Both the position numbers and the translations under genes were made by a program. A stretch of 32,000 nt of DNA from Acaryochloris marina S15 (GTDB taxonomy: Bacteria > Cyanobacteriota > Cyanobacteriia > Thermosynechococcales > Thermosynechococcaceae): the NCBI RefSeq assembly GCF_018336915.1, contig NZ_CP064923.1, positions 990,001 to 1,022,000 of the forward strand. Direction: 5' to 3'. Below the pieces are notes generated by a model, which saw only the letters and a program-made list of their open reading frames with translations, did not search any database and was not told the origin of the DNA. Below, piece by piece: positions 1 through 8,181 of this stretch. Every line of letters starts with the position of its first letter. Position 1 is the stretch's first letter.

Positions 1-227
1 CTTACTCAACGTGCATCTGCGATGAATGGCTGAGTTAAAGACATGTTGCAAATCACCATCAGGTGTCATAACATTTCTTGACATTATTATCACACTTGAT
101 GAGCCCGTATTTCATACGAAATGTAAATTCGTTGCGGCCAATCCCAGAATCTACCTTCTTTGTAAGCTTGCTTCTCCTGAACAGGACACGACAGAATAGA
201 GACTTCACACACATGGGATAAAGGCGA

Positions 228-545
228 ATGACCGGCGAAGAACTGCATCAACTCCTGATCAATAAGTGGGGGCGGTCCTACGATATTCAATTGCGCCGCA
301 CCCAAGGGAAAATCTTTGTCCAGGTCATGTGGCGCTATCTAGAGCAAGCCTCATTTCCCATGTCGGAACCAGAATATTTTGAACATTTAGGTGCGATCGC
401 AACCTACATCCGCGGGTGGGATGCAGTCCAGCAAGTCGAAGAATATATTCAAGCCACTAAACAACATCCTCGTCTAGGGAAAGCTGTTAGCATCCCCCTA
501 GAACTGGGCGGGAGAACCTCTGAGTGGCTGCTAGAAAAGTTTTAG
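228..545 (+). CDS. Small conserved cyanobacterial protein (DUF3067-like)
   Basis: 105-aa ORF (MTGEELHQLLINKWGRSYDIQLRRTQGKIFVQVMW...). It resembles the small DUF3067 family of cyanobacteria and plastid lineages as I remember it. The family name is from memory and was not searched. Confidence 0.7.
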   Translation: MTGEELHQLLINKWGRSYDIQLRRTQGKIFVQVMWRYLEQASFPMSEPEYFEHLGAIATYIRGWDAVQQVEEYIQATKQHPRLGKAVSIPLELGGRTSEWLLEKF

Positions 546-551
546 GCCAGG

Positions 552-1337
552 CTAATGGCCCGTTAGTATGACCAAACCAATACCGCCAAAATAGAGGCCC
601 ACAACAGCGCCTCCCAGCAAGCTTTGGGTCAGGGGATCCGTCGATGGGGTCAGTACGGCACCCAGAATGGCAGCGCCGAGAATAACGTATCGCCATCCCG
701 ACAACATCTGGCGGCTGGAAACAATCCCCGTGAGGCCTAATAAAAGCTGGATAACGGGAATCTGGAAAGCAATCCCTGTACTGAACAGCAGCAGCAAGAC
801 GAATTCAAAGTAGCGATCAATCGACCAAAGCTGCTCAACTACGTCCGCACCATATTGGATGAAGAAATTGAGGGCTGCTGGGATGAGAGCCACATAGGCA
901 AAGAAAATTCCCACAAAAAAGAGAACGGAGGAGCCGAGGACAATCGGTCCGAGTAGTCGTCTCTCCGAGCGAGTTAACCCTGGCAACACAAACTGAATAA
1001 TTTGATACAGGATGAACGGGCTAGCCACCAGGATGCCACTATAGGCAGCGACCTTGAGGGAGACAAAGAAGTATTCTCCAGGGGCAAGTTGTAAAAATTT
1101 AACCCCTTGAGCTGGACGCTCTAATACCTTGACGATTAAGTTGACCTTGAAGAAGCAACCGACAATTCCAATCGCAACTGCGATCAGCGCATAAAAAATT
1201 CGAAAACGTAGCTCCTCTAAATGCTCAAACAATGACATTTCCACGTCATTCAGATTCGCATCTGGCTGGATGTCGGCATCCGTTGGGGCTTTGGAGGGTG
1301 CTGTTTCTAGGTCAGAAGGAGTCACAGGCAAGCTCAA
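552..1337 (-). CDS. tatC: Twin-arginine translocase subunit TatC
   Basis: 261-aa polytopic membrane ORF with the TatC N-terminal signature [19 protein letters not shown] and about 6 hydrophobic helices. The start is ambiguous (TTG 1337, TTG 1331 or GTG 1325), with an in-frame TAA just upstream. Confidence 0.92.
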   Translation of the reverse strand: MSLPVTPSDLETAPSKAPTDADIQPDANLNDVEMSLFEHLEELRFRIFYALIAVAIGIVGCFFKVNLIVKVLERPAQGVKFLQLAPGEYFFVSLKVAAYSGILVASPFILYQIIQFVLPGLTRSERRLLGPIVLGSSVLFFVGIFFAYVALIPAALNFFIQYGADVVEQLWSIDRYFEFVLLLLFSTGIAFQIPVIQLLLGLTGIVSSRQMLSGWRYVILGAAILGAVLTPSTDPLTQSLLGGAVVGLYFGGIGLVILTGH

Positions 1338-1458
1338 GCGATTAATTCATTCCCCATTATAGTTTTGTGAATGGAAACGCTTCGGTTAATTCTGCAGTTG
1401 ACGAATACCCAAATTTGCATAAGGTTAAAGTGAGTCACTCAGTAGTGAGAAATCAGCC

Positions 1459-1869
1459 ATGATTGATCGGCTATTGCCTCTAGTTGCTAGAGGTTTTCTA
1501 TCGGCAGTTTTTATCCGTTCCGGCCTTGCTCACTGCTTCAATTTTGCAGGAACCCAACAGGCAATCTCTAGTAAAGGCCTGCCCTCTGGTTTAGCCCTAG
1601 TTATGGCCATTGGAGCAATTCTATTACTGCTTGGTGGTGGGCTTTCGGTTTTATTTGGTTTTAAGGCGCGCTGGGGTGCGATCGCATTGATTGTCTTTTT
1701 AGTGCCCGCCACTCTGATGTTTCATATCAACTTTGCCGAGCAAATGGAACAAATCCAGTTTTTGAAAAATGTGAGTTTAATCGGTGGGCTTTTGCTCCTA
1801 GCTCAAAACGGCCCAGGTCGATACAGTTTTGATAATCAGGAACTGCGTCGAAGTTATGGGAAATGGTAG
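1459..1869 (+). CDS. DoxX family membrane protein
   Basis: 136-aa ORF with four hydrophobic helices and a DoxX-like pattern (FLSAVFIRSG ... FLKNVSLIGGLLLLA). Confidence 0.75.
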   Translation: MIDRLLPLVARGFLSAVFIRSGLAHCFNFAGTQQAISSKGLPSGLALVMAIGAILLLLGGGLSVLFGFKARWGAIALIVFLVPATLMFHINFAEQMEQIQFLKNVSLIGGLLLLAQNGPGRYSFDNQELRRSYGKW

Positions 1870-1957
1870 GTTAAACTCATGTTGGGACTTGTGTTGGGTT
1901 ATTTAAGCCCCTCAGCATCCCACTGCCATTTTGTAACGACTGAATTAGGTCAAATCC

Positions 1958-2719
1958 ATGACCAAGGTTTCATCTCTCCCTCAAAATATTTGGCATTGGT
2001 TTGCCGACCATGTGATTTCACCGGTTCGACACACATTCTGGTCAGATGTGACGGCGAGTGTGTTGGCTCGATTGAAACAGTTTGGTCATCGTTGGTCTCA
2101 AAGAGCTGATCGGCAGAGATTAGGCGTTTGGTTTATTGCCTTAACTGGTGCATTCTGCCTCATGGTGTGGAATGGGATGCTACTGGTTGCCCTATCCGTT
2201 GGTTTAGGGACAGCACTGCTTATCCAGCAGCAGCTTTCAACTCCCACCCTTTCATGGCATGCAGTCGTTAAATGGTTGTCTAGTTCCCATTCCACCACTG
2301 TTGTAGCCATTAGTGGTGGTTTATTGTCCTTAACAGCTAGTTATCTGACCTTACAAATCTGGCAAGACACCAACAGTTTTGGCTTAGCGTTCGCCATTCT
2401 GTTGCAAGGATTAGGGCTGTTAGTGGTTCTCGGTCTCTTGGCCTGGCAACTTCTTAAGCAAGAGAAGGAAAGTCTCCATATAAGCCAAATTGATTCTTGG
2501 ATTAATCAGTTGACTGCCCTCGATCCATTAAAACGACTCATTGCTGTTCGACAAATCTGTCACTATCTTGAATCATCCCCATTCGATGATATTCAGGCCA
2601 AAGAAATACGAGATTATTTGCAGTTACTTCGACAGCAAGAACAAACCCCTTCAATTCAGAAGGCTATCTCTGAAGGTTTAGATATCCTATCTTCCCTGAA
2701 CTCAACAACTTTAAATTGA
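1958..2719 (+). CDS. Hypothetical membrane protein with C-terminal helical (HEAT-like) segment
   Basis: 253-aa ORF with 3-4 hydrophobic helices in the middle and a soluble helical tail (LDPLKRLIAVRQICHYLESS...). I recognise no family. Confidence 0.55.
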   Translation: MTKVSSLPQNIWHWFADHVISPVRHTFWSDVTASVLARLKQFGHRWSQRADRQRLGVWFIALTGAFCLMVWNGMLLVALSVGLGTALLIQQQLSTPTLSWHAVVKWLSSSHSTTVVAISGGLLSLTASYLTLQIWQDTNSFGLAFAILLQGLGLLVVLGLLAWQLLKQEKESLHISQIDSWINQLTALDPLKRLIAVRQICHYLESSPFDDIQAKEIRDYLQLLRQQEQTPSIQKAISEGLDILSSLNSTTLN

Positions 2720-2817
2720 AGCAAAGCGTCGTTGAGTCTAACTCAATGCTTACGCAAGTTGAAATAGATGAAACTCCCTAGATTCTTAGGATCTACCCAT
2801 TTAGCTGAAAACTCAGA

Positions 2818-3612
2818 CTATTTTGAAGAGGTAGGCTCTTTAGTGGAAGCAGGAGCTGGATCGGCATCAAGATTTTTGCAAGTTGGATTATAGCTATAGG
2901 CTGTTTTCCAATTTTTGACCGTCTTTTTATCCAGAGGAATCAGAACTTTGGCTCCATTGGAAAGGGTAAGCCGAACCCGAGTTTCTTTAATGGGGGCTTG
3001 AGACAAAATGCTAGCAATTCCTGAGTCAACGCTAAATAGATTCCGTGTCATATACCAAGTCCCACTGGTGGTGTTTTTACCAAAAAAACTGGTGTAACTA
3101 TAATCTTGGGAATAGACTTCAGGCTTTGCTGATGATTGGGGCGGTAACTGTAGCAACTGCCCCCCAACTCCTACTTCTAACAGTGTCGGGATGATTGCAG
3201 TTGGATCCACGCGGCCTTGGGCAGGAGCATGTTGAATAATCATCTCAACAAAACAGCCTTCAATCTTACTGCCCCATAAAGAGATAAACGCACTCCGTCC
3301 AGGCGCAGGACGACTTGAACGTCCAAAGATTTTTCCATCCAAATCTGAGCCATCAATGTGGCGATCCGCAGTAACTTTACCCAGTTGCGTGTCCACTAAA
3401 CTCTCTCTAATATCCACTGTTTTTTTGATAGGGAGTTTCTTGCCACCCCACTGCACCCCCTGAGTTGTAGTGAGATTATCTTCAAAGATGGCATCATCTT
3501 TATCAGCTAATGCTGGTTCAAGAATTAATGAGTTACCTGCAAACACCAAACTAATTGAAGTGAAACCAATACATAAATTCTTTTTGTAGGTCATTATTCT
3601 CAGAACTATCAA
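2818..3612 (-). CDS. Secreted hypothetical protein
   Basis: 264-aa ORF with an N-terminal signal-like hydrophobic segment (LCIGFTSISLVFAGNSLILEPALA). It lies 47 nt downstream of the S1 protease gene on the same strand. The start is probably the internal ATG at 3594 (MTYKKNL). Confidence 0.6.
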   Translation of the reverse strand: MIVLRIMTYKKNLCIGFTSISLVFAGNSLILEPALADKDDAIFEDNLTTTQGVQWGGKKLPIKKTVDIRESLVDTQLGKVTADRHIDGSDLDGKIFGRSSRPAPGRSAFISLWGSKIEGCFVEMIIQHAPAQGRVDPTAIIPTLLEVGVGGQLLQLPPQSSAKPEVYSQDYSYTSFFGKNTTSGTWYMTRNLFSVDSGIASILSQAPIKETRVRLTLSNGAKVLIPLDKKTVKNWKTAYSYNPTCKNLDADPAPASTKEPTSSK

Positions 3613-3659
3613 ATGTATAAAGCGAAATCAAAAAGACTTAGTCAATTGTTTAGAAGGGA

Positions 3660-4571
3660 TTAACAGGAACTACCCGCACATACAGGAGAGGACCCATCAT
3701 TGGCCTTGGGACGAATGGGTTTGGGTCGCCTAGGACGTCTAGGGGTAGCAGGTGTGGGACTAGACGTTGGCTGAAAGCCAGGTGGAGAAACTGGTGGGAT
3801 AGCAGGATTAACAACTGGTGACGGTGACTTAGCTGTTGAATTGGGTGGAGTCTTAAAATCCAGTTTTATCCCAACTTTGGGGGCTATAGATAAGAAAGTT
3901 TTGATGGGGATTCCTAGGTTTAGCCCTGCTTTAACCTGAACGTCACCTTGGACATCCGTTTCTGCTCGGCCATGAATCCCCACTAATTCTCCGTTGGTAT
4001 TGAGGACAGGACCACCACTCATCCCTTTACGGGTAATGTTGGTATAAATCAGGGAATATCCATCTTTCGCTTTAGGATTGACGCCGGACACTTTTCCGTC
4101 GGTAAATTGAAAAATACGATTTTCAATGGCTTGGCCTGGATCAGGATAGCCAGCGGTATAGACAATTGAGCCAATTCCCGCTTCCTCAGCCTTAGCTAGC
4201 TTGGCGCTGTTGTAGTCTTTGTCACTGGTAAAGGTCACCACCGCCAAATCAACCCCAGGAAACTTCTTAACTGTTTGATATTTCACCGGATGTTTTTTCC
4301 CATCCTGGGTGACAATATGATATTGAAAGTCCGAATGTCTAACGACATGCTCAGCAGTCAAAACCGTATAGGTTTTGTCCTTCTTGTTGATGATTACCCC
4401 AGACCCTGGATAATCGCTAGCAATTAGAACCGTAAAATTCTTAGCACTTTTGCCAATTTGGCTAGATGGCAAACTAAAAGCAACCTGCGTTTGTAGACAA
4501 ACGACGCTTGCTGTCAGCATTCCACCCAAAACTACTCTTGGATTATTGTTAAAGCGCATCGTTTTTCCCAC
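3660..4571 (-). CDS. Secreted trypsin-like (S1 family) serine protease with Pro/Arg-rich C-terminal tail
   Basis: Signal peptide, then catalytic-triad contexts LTAEHVV (His), VDLAVVTF (Asp) and KGMSGGPVL (Ser). The C-terminal ~70 aa are Pro-rich and basic and end in SSPVCAGSSC. Confidence 0.85.
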   Translation of the reverse strand: MGKTMRFNNNPRVVLGGMLTASVVCLQTQVAFSLPSSQIGKSAKNFTVLIASDYPGSGVIINKKDKTYTVLTAEHVVRHSDFQYHIVTQDGKKHPVKYQTVKKFPGVDLAVVTFTSDKDYNSAKLAKAEEAGIGSIVYTAGYPDPGQAIENRIFQFTDGKVSGVNPKAKDGYSLIYTNITRKGMSGGPVLNTNGELVGIHGRAETDVQGDVQVKAGLNLGIPIKTFLSIAPKVGIKLDFKTPPNSTAKSPSPVVNPAIPPVSPPGFQPTSSPTPATPRRPRRPKPIRPKANDGSSPVCAGSSC

Positions 4572-4740
4572 TTACCTTAGGAGAATCATACTCAAGGTCT
4601 TCAAGAACTTCAATGATGATGCTTTCCTTAAGAAAAGAATGTCTCTATTTTCTAGACTTAAGATGACACTGCATCAACATCTAACCAAGGGGATTTTGCA
4701 ATCCACTTTTGGGTGAGTTTACTGGAAGTAGCATCACATT

Positions 4741-5463
4741 ATGGACGAACGGTTTACGGTTGAGGTCATTTCCCAAACCCCCAATCCCCAACAGATTACC
4801 TATGCTGCCATGCATCAGGACTATGCCGAACAGTTGGTCGCGACTGATCGGGATCAATGGCCAGAGGAAGCGAAATGCGGAGAGTTGGTGATTAGGAATT
4901 TGCTCCAAGGCAATCGCGGTCATTATGGCCCCCTTGAGCATCCTCAAATTGTGCTCAACTTTGGCTATTTTCCCCACAGCACCATGCAGCAAATGCGGAC
5001 CCATCGGAATGTTTCTTTCGATGTGCAGTCTTTTCGGTATACGGGGCAGCGCATTTTAGATGTGGTGGCCGGCACCCAAGAACTAGAAGATGTTTTCTAC
5101 TTGCGCCCCGTGGACACCTATACGAATCGCCAAGGTAAAAAGTATGACTATACCCTGGAGCAACGACAACAAGATTTGGACTGGTGCCGCCAAGCCTGTC
5201 AGCGCTATGCCGAGCGGATTGAGCAGGGATTGGCAGAAGAGCATGCCCGGGGACTGATTCCTTTTGATGTTCGCCAGCATTGGGTCATGAGTGCCAATGC
5301 CCGATCCCTCATGCACCTATTAGATATTCGCGGTAAGTACGATGTCCAAATGGAAACCCGGGTCATGACGGAGTTGATGTTTACCCAATTTCAGCAGTGG
5401 ATGCCGGAAGTGGCTGCCTGGTATGAAAAAACCCGCTGGCGCAAGGGACCTTTAGCCCCCTAA
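4741..5463 (+). CDS. thyX: FAD-dependent thymidylate synthase ThyX
   Basis: 240-aa ORF containing the ThyX motif RHRxxSxxxxSxR (THRNVSFDVQSFRY). The stop overlaps the next ATG (TAATG). Confidence 0.92.
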   Translation: MDERFTVEVISQTPNPQQITYAAMHQDYAEQLVATDRDQWPEEAKCGELVIRNLLQGNRGHYGPLEHPQIVLNFGYFPHSTMQQMRTHRNVSFDVQSFRYTGQRILDVVAGTQELEDVFYLRPVDTYTNRQGKKYDYTLEQRQQDLDWCRQACQRYAERIEQGLAEEHARGLIPFDVRQHWVMSANARSLMHLLDIRGKYDVQMETRVMTELMFTQFQQWMPEVAAWYEKTRWRKGPLAP

Positions 5464-6773
5464 TGATCGTCAACTGGATCTTTGTGCATGGTCCCATGTA
5501 CAAAGGTGCCATCGAGTCCCCCAGTGAAAGGTCTCCTATGTCTAAGGTTCATGTGCAAGTGTTGCGGATGGTAGGAGTTGCGATCGCAACTCCAATTCTG
5601 ACTCTATCCATCGCCGAAGCCAAGCTAGAAAACAGCCATAAAGCGCTGGTGGATCAAGCCTGGCAAATCGTTCAGGAAGAATATGTCGACCGCACCTTCA
5701 ATCAGCAGGACTGGCAAGAAGTCCGCCAAGACTATTTAAGTCGCTCCTACACCTCCAAACAGGACGCCTATGTGGCCGTCAGCAAGATGGTGCGGAAGCT
5801 TCAAGATCCTTACACCCGCTTCCTCACCCCCGATGGCATCAAGGATCTCGTCGACAATGTCTCAGGTGGGTTTATTGGTGTTGGTGTCACGGTTTCCCTT
5901 GACCCCTTGACGCGAGAATGGCAGGTGCTAGAGACCGTGGCTGACTCTCCTGCCGCTGTGGCTGGCATTCAGCCTCAAGATATTGTGGTCAGTATTAATG
6001 GCACCCCGACCTCGGAGATTAATCCTCGTCAGGCCAGCGAATACATCATTGGAGCCGTGGGGAGTAAGGTCACCGTTCAGATTCGCAGAGGCAAAGAATT
6101 TTCTCGCCATCAGCTGGTGCGGGAAAAAATTGACGTCAATCCATTAGTCTACGAAGTGCAAGAAACACCGAAGGGGAAGGTCGGCTATATTCGGATGCCT
6201 GTTTTCACTACCCAATCAGCTAAAGCCATGAAAACAGCTCTGACGGATTTAGAAAAGCGAAACGTCAAAGGGTATGTCCTCGATCTGCGTCAAAATCCTG
6301 GCGGCGTCTTTGATGCCAGTATCGACATTGCCCGCATGTGGATGGGGAAAGACCGCTTAATTTCCAGTGTGGATGAAAAGGGCAAGAAACAAAACTTTAT
6401 TGCTTATGGACCGGTCCTTACCAATAAGCCCCTAGTAATTTTGGTAGATGAAAAATCTGCCAGCGCCAGTGAAGTGTTGGCTGCCGCCCTCCAAGATCAC
6501 AAGCGGGCTCAGCTCGTGGGCACCCCCACCTTTGGCAAAGGGGTTGTTCAAGTGTTGAAAAGTCTAGAAGATGGGTCTGGATTGGTGGTCACGGTCGCCA
6601 AATACTATACGCCCAATGGCAAAAACATTAACCAGCTTGGCATCAAACCTAATGTCTTTGTCAAAAGTGAGGACGGCAAGCCTTTCAAGCCAGAGCCGGG
6701 TCAAGTTTTACCCCCACAATCCGATTCTCAATATGCTCGGGGACTCAAGGTTTTAACTAGAAAGCTGAAATAG
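5463..6773 (+). CDS. S41 carboxyl-terminal processing peptidase (Ctp family)
   Basis: A PDZ-containing tail-specific protease pattern (GGFIGVGV ... LVILVDEKSASASEVLAAALQD ... GTPTFGKG). The signal peptide begins at the internal Met (ATG 5538, MSKVHVQVLRMVGVAIATPILTL), which is the more likely true start. Confidence 0.9.
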   Translation: MIVNWIFVHGPMYKGAIESPSERSPMSKVHVQVLRMVGVAIATPILTLSIAEAKLENSHKALVDQAWQIVQEEYVDRTFNQQDWQEVRQDYLSRSYTSKQDAYVAVSKMVRKLQDPYTRFLTPDGIKDLVDNVSGGFIGVGVTVSLDPLTREWQVLETVADSPAAVAGIQPQDIVVSINGTPTSEINPRQASEYIIGAVGSKVTVQIRRGKEFSRHQLVREKIDVNPLVYEVQETPKGKVGYIRMPVFTTQSAKAMKTALTDLEKRNVKGYVLDLRQNPGGVFDASIDIARMWMGKDRLISSVDEKGKKQNFIAYGPVLTNKPLVILVDEKSASASEVLAAALQDHKRAQLVGTPTFGKGVVQVLKSLEDGSGLVVTVAKYYTPNGKNINQLGIKPNVFVKSEDGKPFKPEPGQVLPPQSDSQYARGLKVLTRKLK

Positions 6774-6788
6774 CGTCAGCCATAAAAA

Positions 6789-6809
6789 AAGCTAGCAAGT
6801 CGCTAGCTT
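6789..6809 (-). terminator. Hairpin (AAGCTAGC-aagtc-GCTAGCTT) with U7-8 tract on the minus strand
   Basis: The minus strand reads GAAGCTAGCGACTTGCTAGCTTTTTTTATG, a classical intrinsic terminator. On the plus strand the same hairpin sits 16 nt after the Ctp stop but has no T-tract, so it is possibly bidirectional. Confidence 0.6.
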
Positions 6810-7091
6810 CAACAGAATCAGTCACGTTGTATCTCATTTCGAGGAAACCAAACTGCGCGTTCCCAGTTGTGCAGCAGGCAAATGTAACATTCCTCACATT
6901 TTCTATCGTAATGTAACAACAAACACAAAAGTTGATACATAAACCTTTACGTTCTGAGGCGGATACTGCATAAATTTTGTTTATGAGTAATATGGATAAT
7001 CGCCCAAAACAACCGCTTCAGGGTAAAGATGGCGTGAAATCTAGGGGATTGTCAGAGGTGTAAAAAGTAGAGGTGTAAATTCTGCATCGTT

Positions 7092-7823
7092 TTAAGCCCC
7101 CAGATTTAACATTCGTAACAGCCAGGGTAATAGGGCAGCAGACACAAAGGCCGACAAGGCCATCCCTAACCCCGAAAATGCTCCCATTTCCCCACTAATC
7201 TGAAAAGCCCGAGCTGTGCCAATGCCGTGGGATGTGATCCCCATGGCAATCCCCCGGACGCTATCATCCCGGATCCCCAACCAGCGAAAGATAGGAGTGC
7301 CCAAAGTTGCGCCAATAATGCCCGTCATCACCACCAACACGGCTGTTAAAGACGGAAGGCCCCCGACTTTTTCGGTAATGCCCATGGCCACGGGGGCCGT
7401 AACGGATTTGGGTGCTAGGGACAGAAGAGTTTGCGGGGTTGCACCTAGCAATGCGGCAGTTGCGATCGCACTCAGCGCTGCGGCACTAATCCCCACCACT
7501 AAGGCCAAAGTTACTGGCAACCATAGCCGTCGTAATTTTGCCAATTGCTTATATAGGGGAATGGCTAGGGATACCGTCGCTGGCCCCAGCAAAAAGTGAA
7601 CAAACTGAGCCCCTTCAAAATAAGTGAAGTAAGACGTCTTCGTTAGAGATAGCAACCCAATTAGCAATCCCACCGCAATGGCCACCGGGTTCAACAACGG
7701 ATGCCCTTTTCCCCACCGATAGATCCCATAGGCCAGTTGATAGGCCGCCAGGGTAATACTCAATCCCAACAAGGGTGAGGCGGCTAAGTACACCCATATT
7801 TCCGTCAAGTTTGACTTAGGCAT
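7092..7823 (-). CDS. lrgB: LrgB family membrane protein
   Basis: 243-aa polytopic ORF with LrgB-like sequence (GPATVSLAIPLY..., ...LAPKSVTAPVAMGI...). Its ATG overlaps the lrgA stop (ATGCCTAA). Confidence 0.85.
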   Translation of the reverse strand: MPKSNLTEIWVYLAASPLLGLSITLAAYQLAYGIYRWGKGHPLLNPVAIAVGLLIGLLSLTKTSYFTYFEGAQFVHFLLGPATVSLAIPLYKQLAKLRRLWLPVTLALVVGISAAALSAIATAALLGATPQTLLSLAPKSVTAPVAMGITEKVGGLPSLTAVLVVMTGIIGATLGTPIFRWLGIRDDSVRGIAMGITSHGIGTARAFQISGEMGAFSGLGMALSAFVSAALLPWLLRMLNLGA

Positions 7824-8178
7824 CGGAGCGTCTCCTCAGAGTCAACACCTTACTCGTGATCTGCATCGTCAAGGCCGAGACCATTAACGTCACCACCGTA
7901 CTCACCAATAGTGCTGCCAGAATGGCCCATCCTTCACTGCGAATGCGCTGAAAGTGAACCATCACTCCCACCCCCGCAGGCACAAATAGTAACGACAAAT
8001 GGCTCAATAAGGTCGTGGCTGCGTTCTCCACATCTTCTGGAATTTTGCCCAGCAGGATCAACGTCAGCAACAGCAAGAACATCCCCACAACCGGCCCTGG
8101 CGTCGGTAAATTAAGCAGCAGAACCATCACTTCTCCCAAAAGCTCGTAGAGAAGTAGCACCATGAAGCCTGTAATCAT
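7816..8178 (-). CDS. lrgA: CidA/LrgA family holin-like membrane protein
   Basis: 120-aa ORF with four hydrophobic helices, paired with and overlapping lrgB. The pattern (LLGEVMVLLLNLPTPGPVVGMFLL) is typical of LrgA. Confidence 0.8.
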   Translation of the reverse strand: MITGFMVLLLYELLGEVMVLLLNLPTPGPVVGMFLLLLTLILLGKIPEDVENAATTLLSHLSLLFVPAGVGVMVHFQRIRSEGWAILAALLVSTVVTLMVSALTMQITSKVLTLRRRSDA

Positions 8179-8181
8179 AAT

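Noticed and set aside
1-69. Possible 5' end of a minus-strand gene leaving the window (MTPDGDLQHVFNSAIHRRCTLSK).
   Set aside because: Only 23 codons are visible and they carry no recognisable motif, so it cannot be supported from this window.
90-305. 71-aa minus-strand ORF, plus the overlapping ORFs at 487-696, 1530-1712, 1879-2109, 2098-2310, 4450-4716, 4681-5004, 4709-4891, 5083-5316, 5928-6110 and 6571-6756.
   Set aside because: All overlap better-supported genes or promoter regions in other frames, are short, and have no protein-like motifs.
7054-7079. Direct repeats containing TTACA (minus strand), considered as an RpaB HLR1-type site. Also GTA...TAC NtcA-like strings near 6885-6920.
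   Set aside because: The repeat period is 15 bp rather than the ~10 bp of HLR1, and the NtcA consensus GTAN8TAC is not met. The location is downstream of a stop codon, not in a promoter.
7216-7599. 127-aa plus-strand ORF inside lrgB. Similar antisense ORFs occur at 7615-7797, 7911-8114, 8621-8830 and 9457-9813.
   Set aside because: These lie entirely antisense to or within well-supported genes (lrgB, lrgA, ilvA). They have Arg/Pro/Ser-rich, low-complexity composition typical of shadow ORFs.
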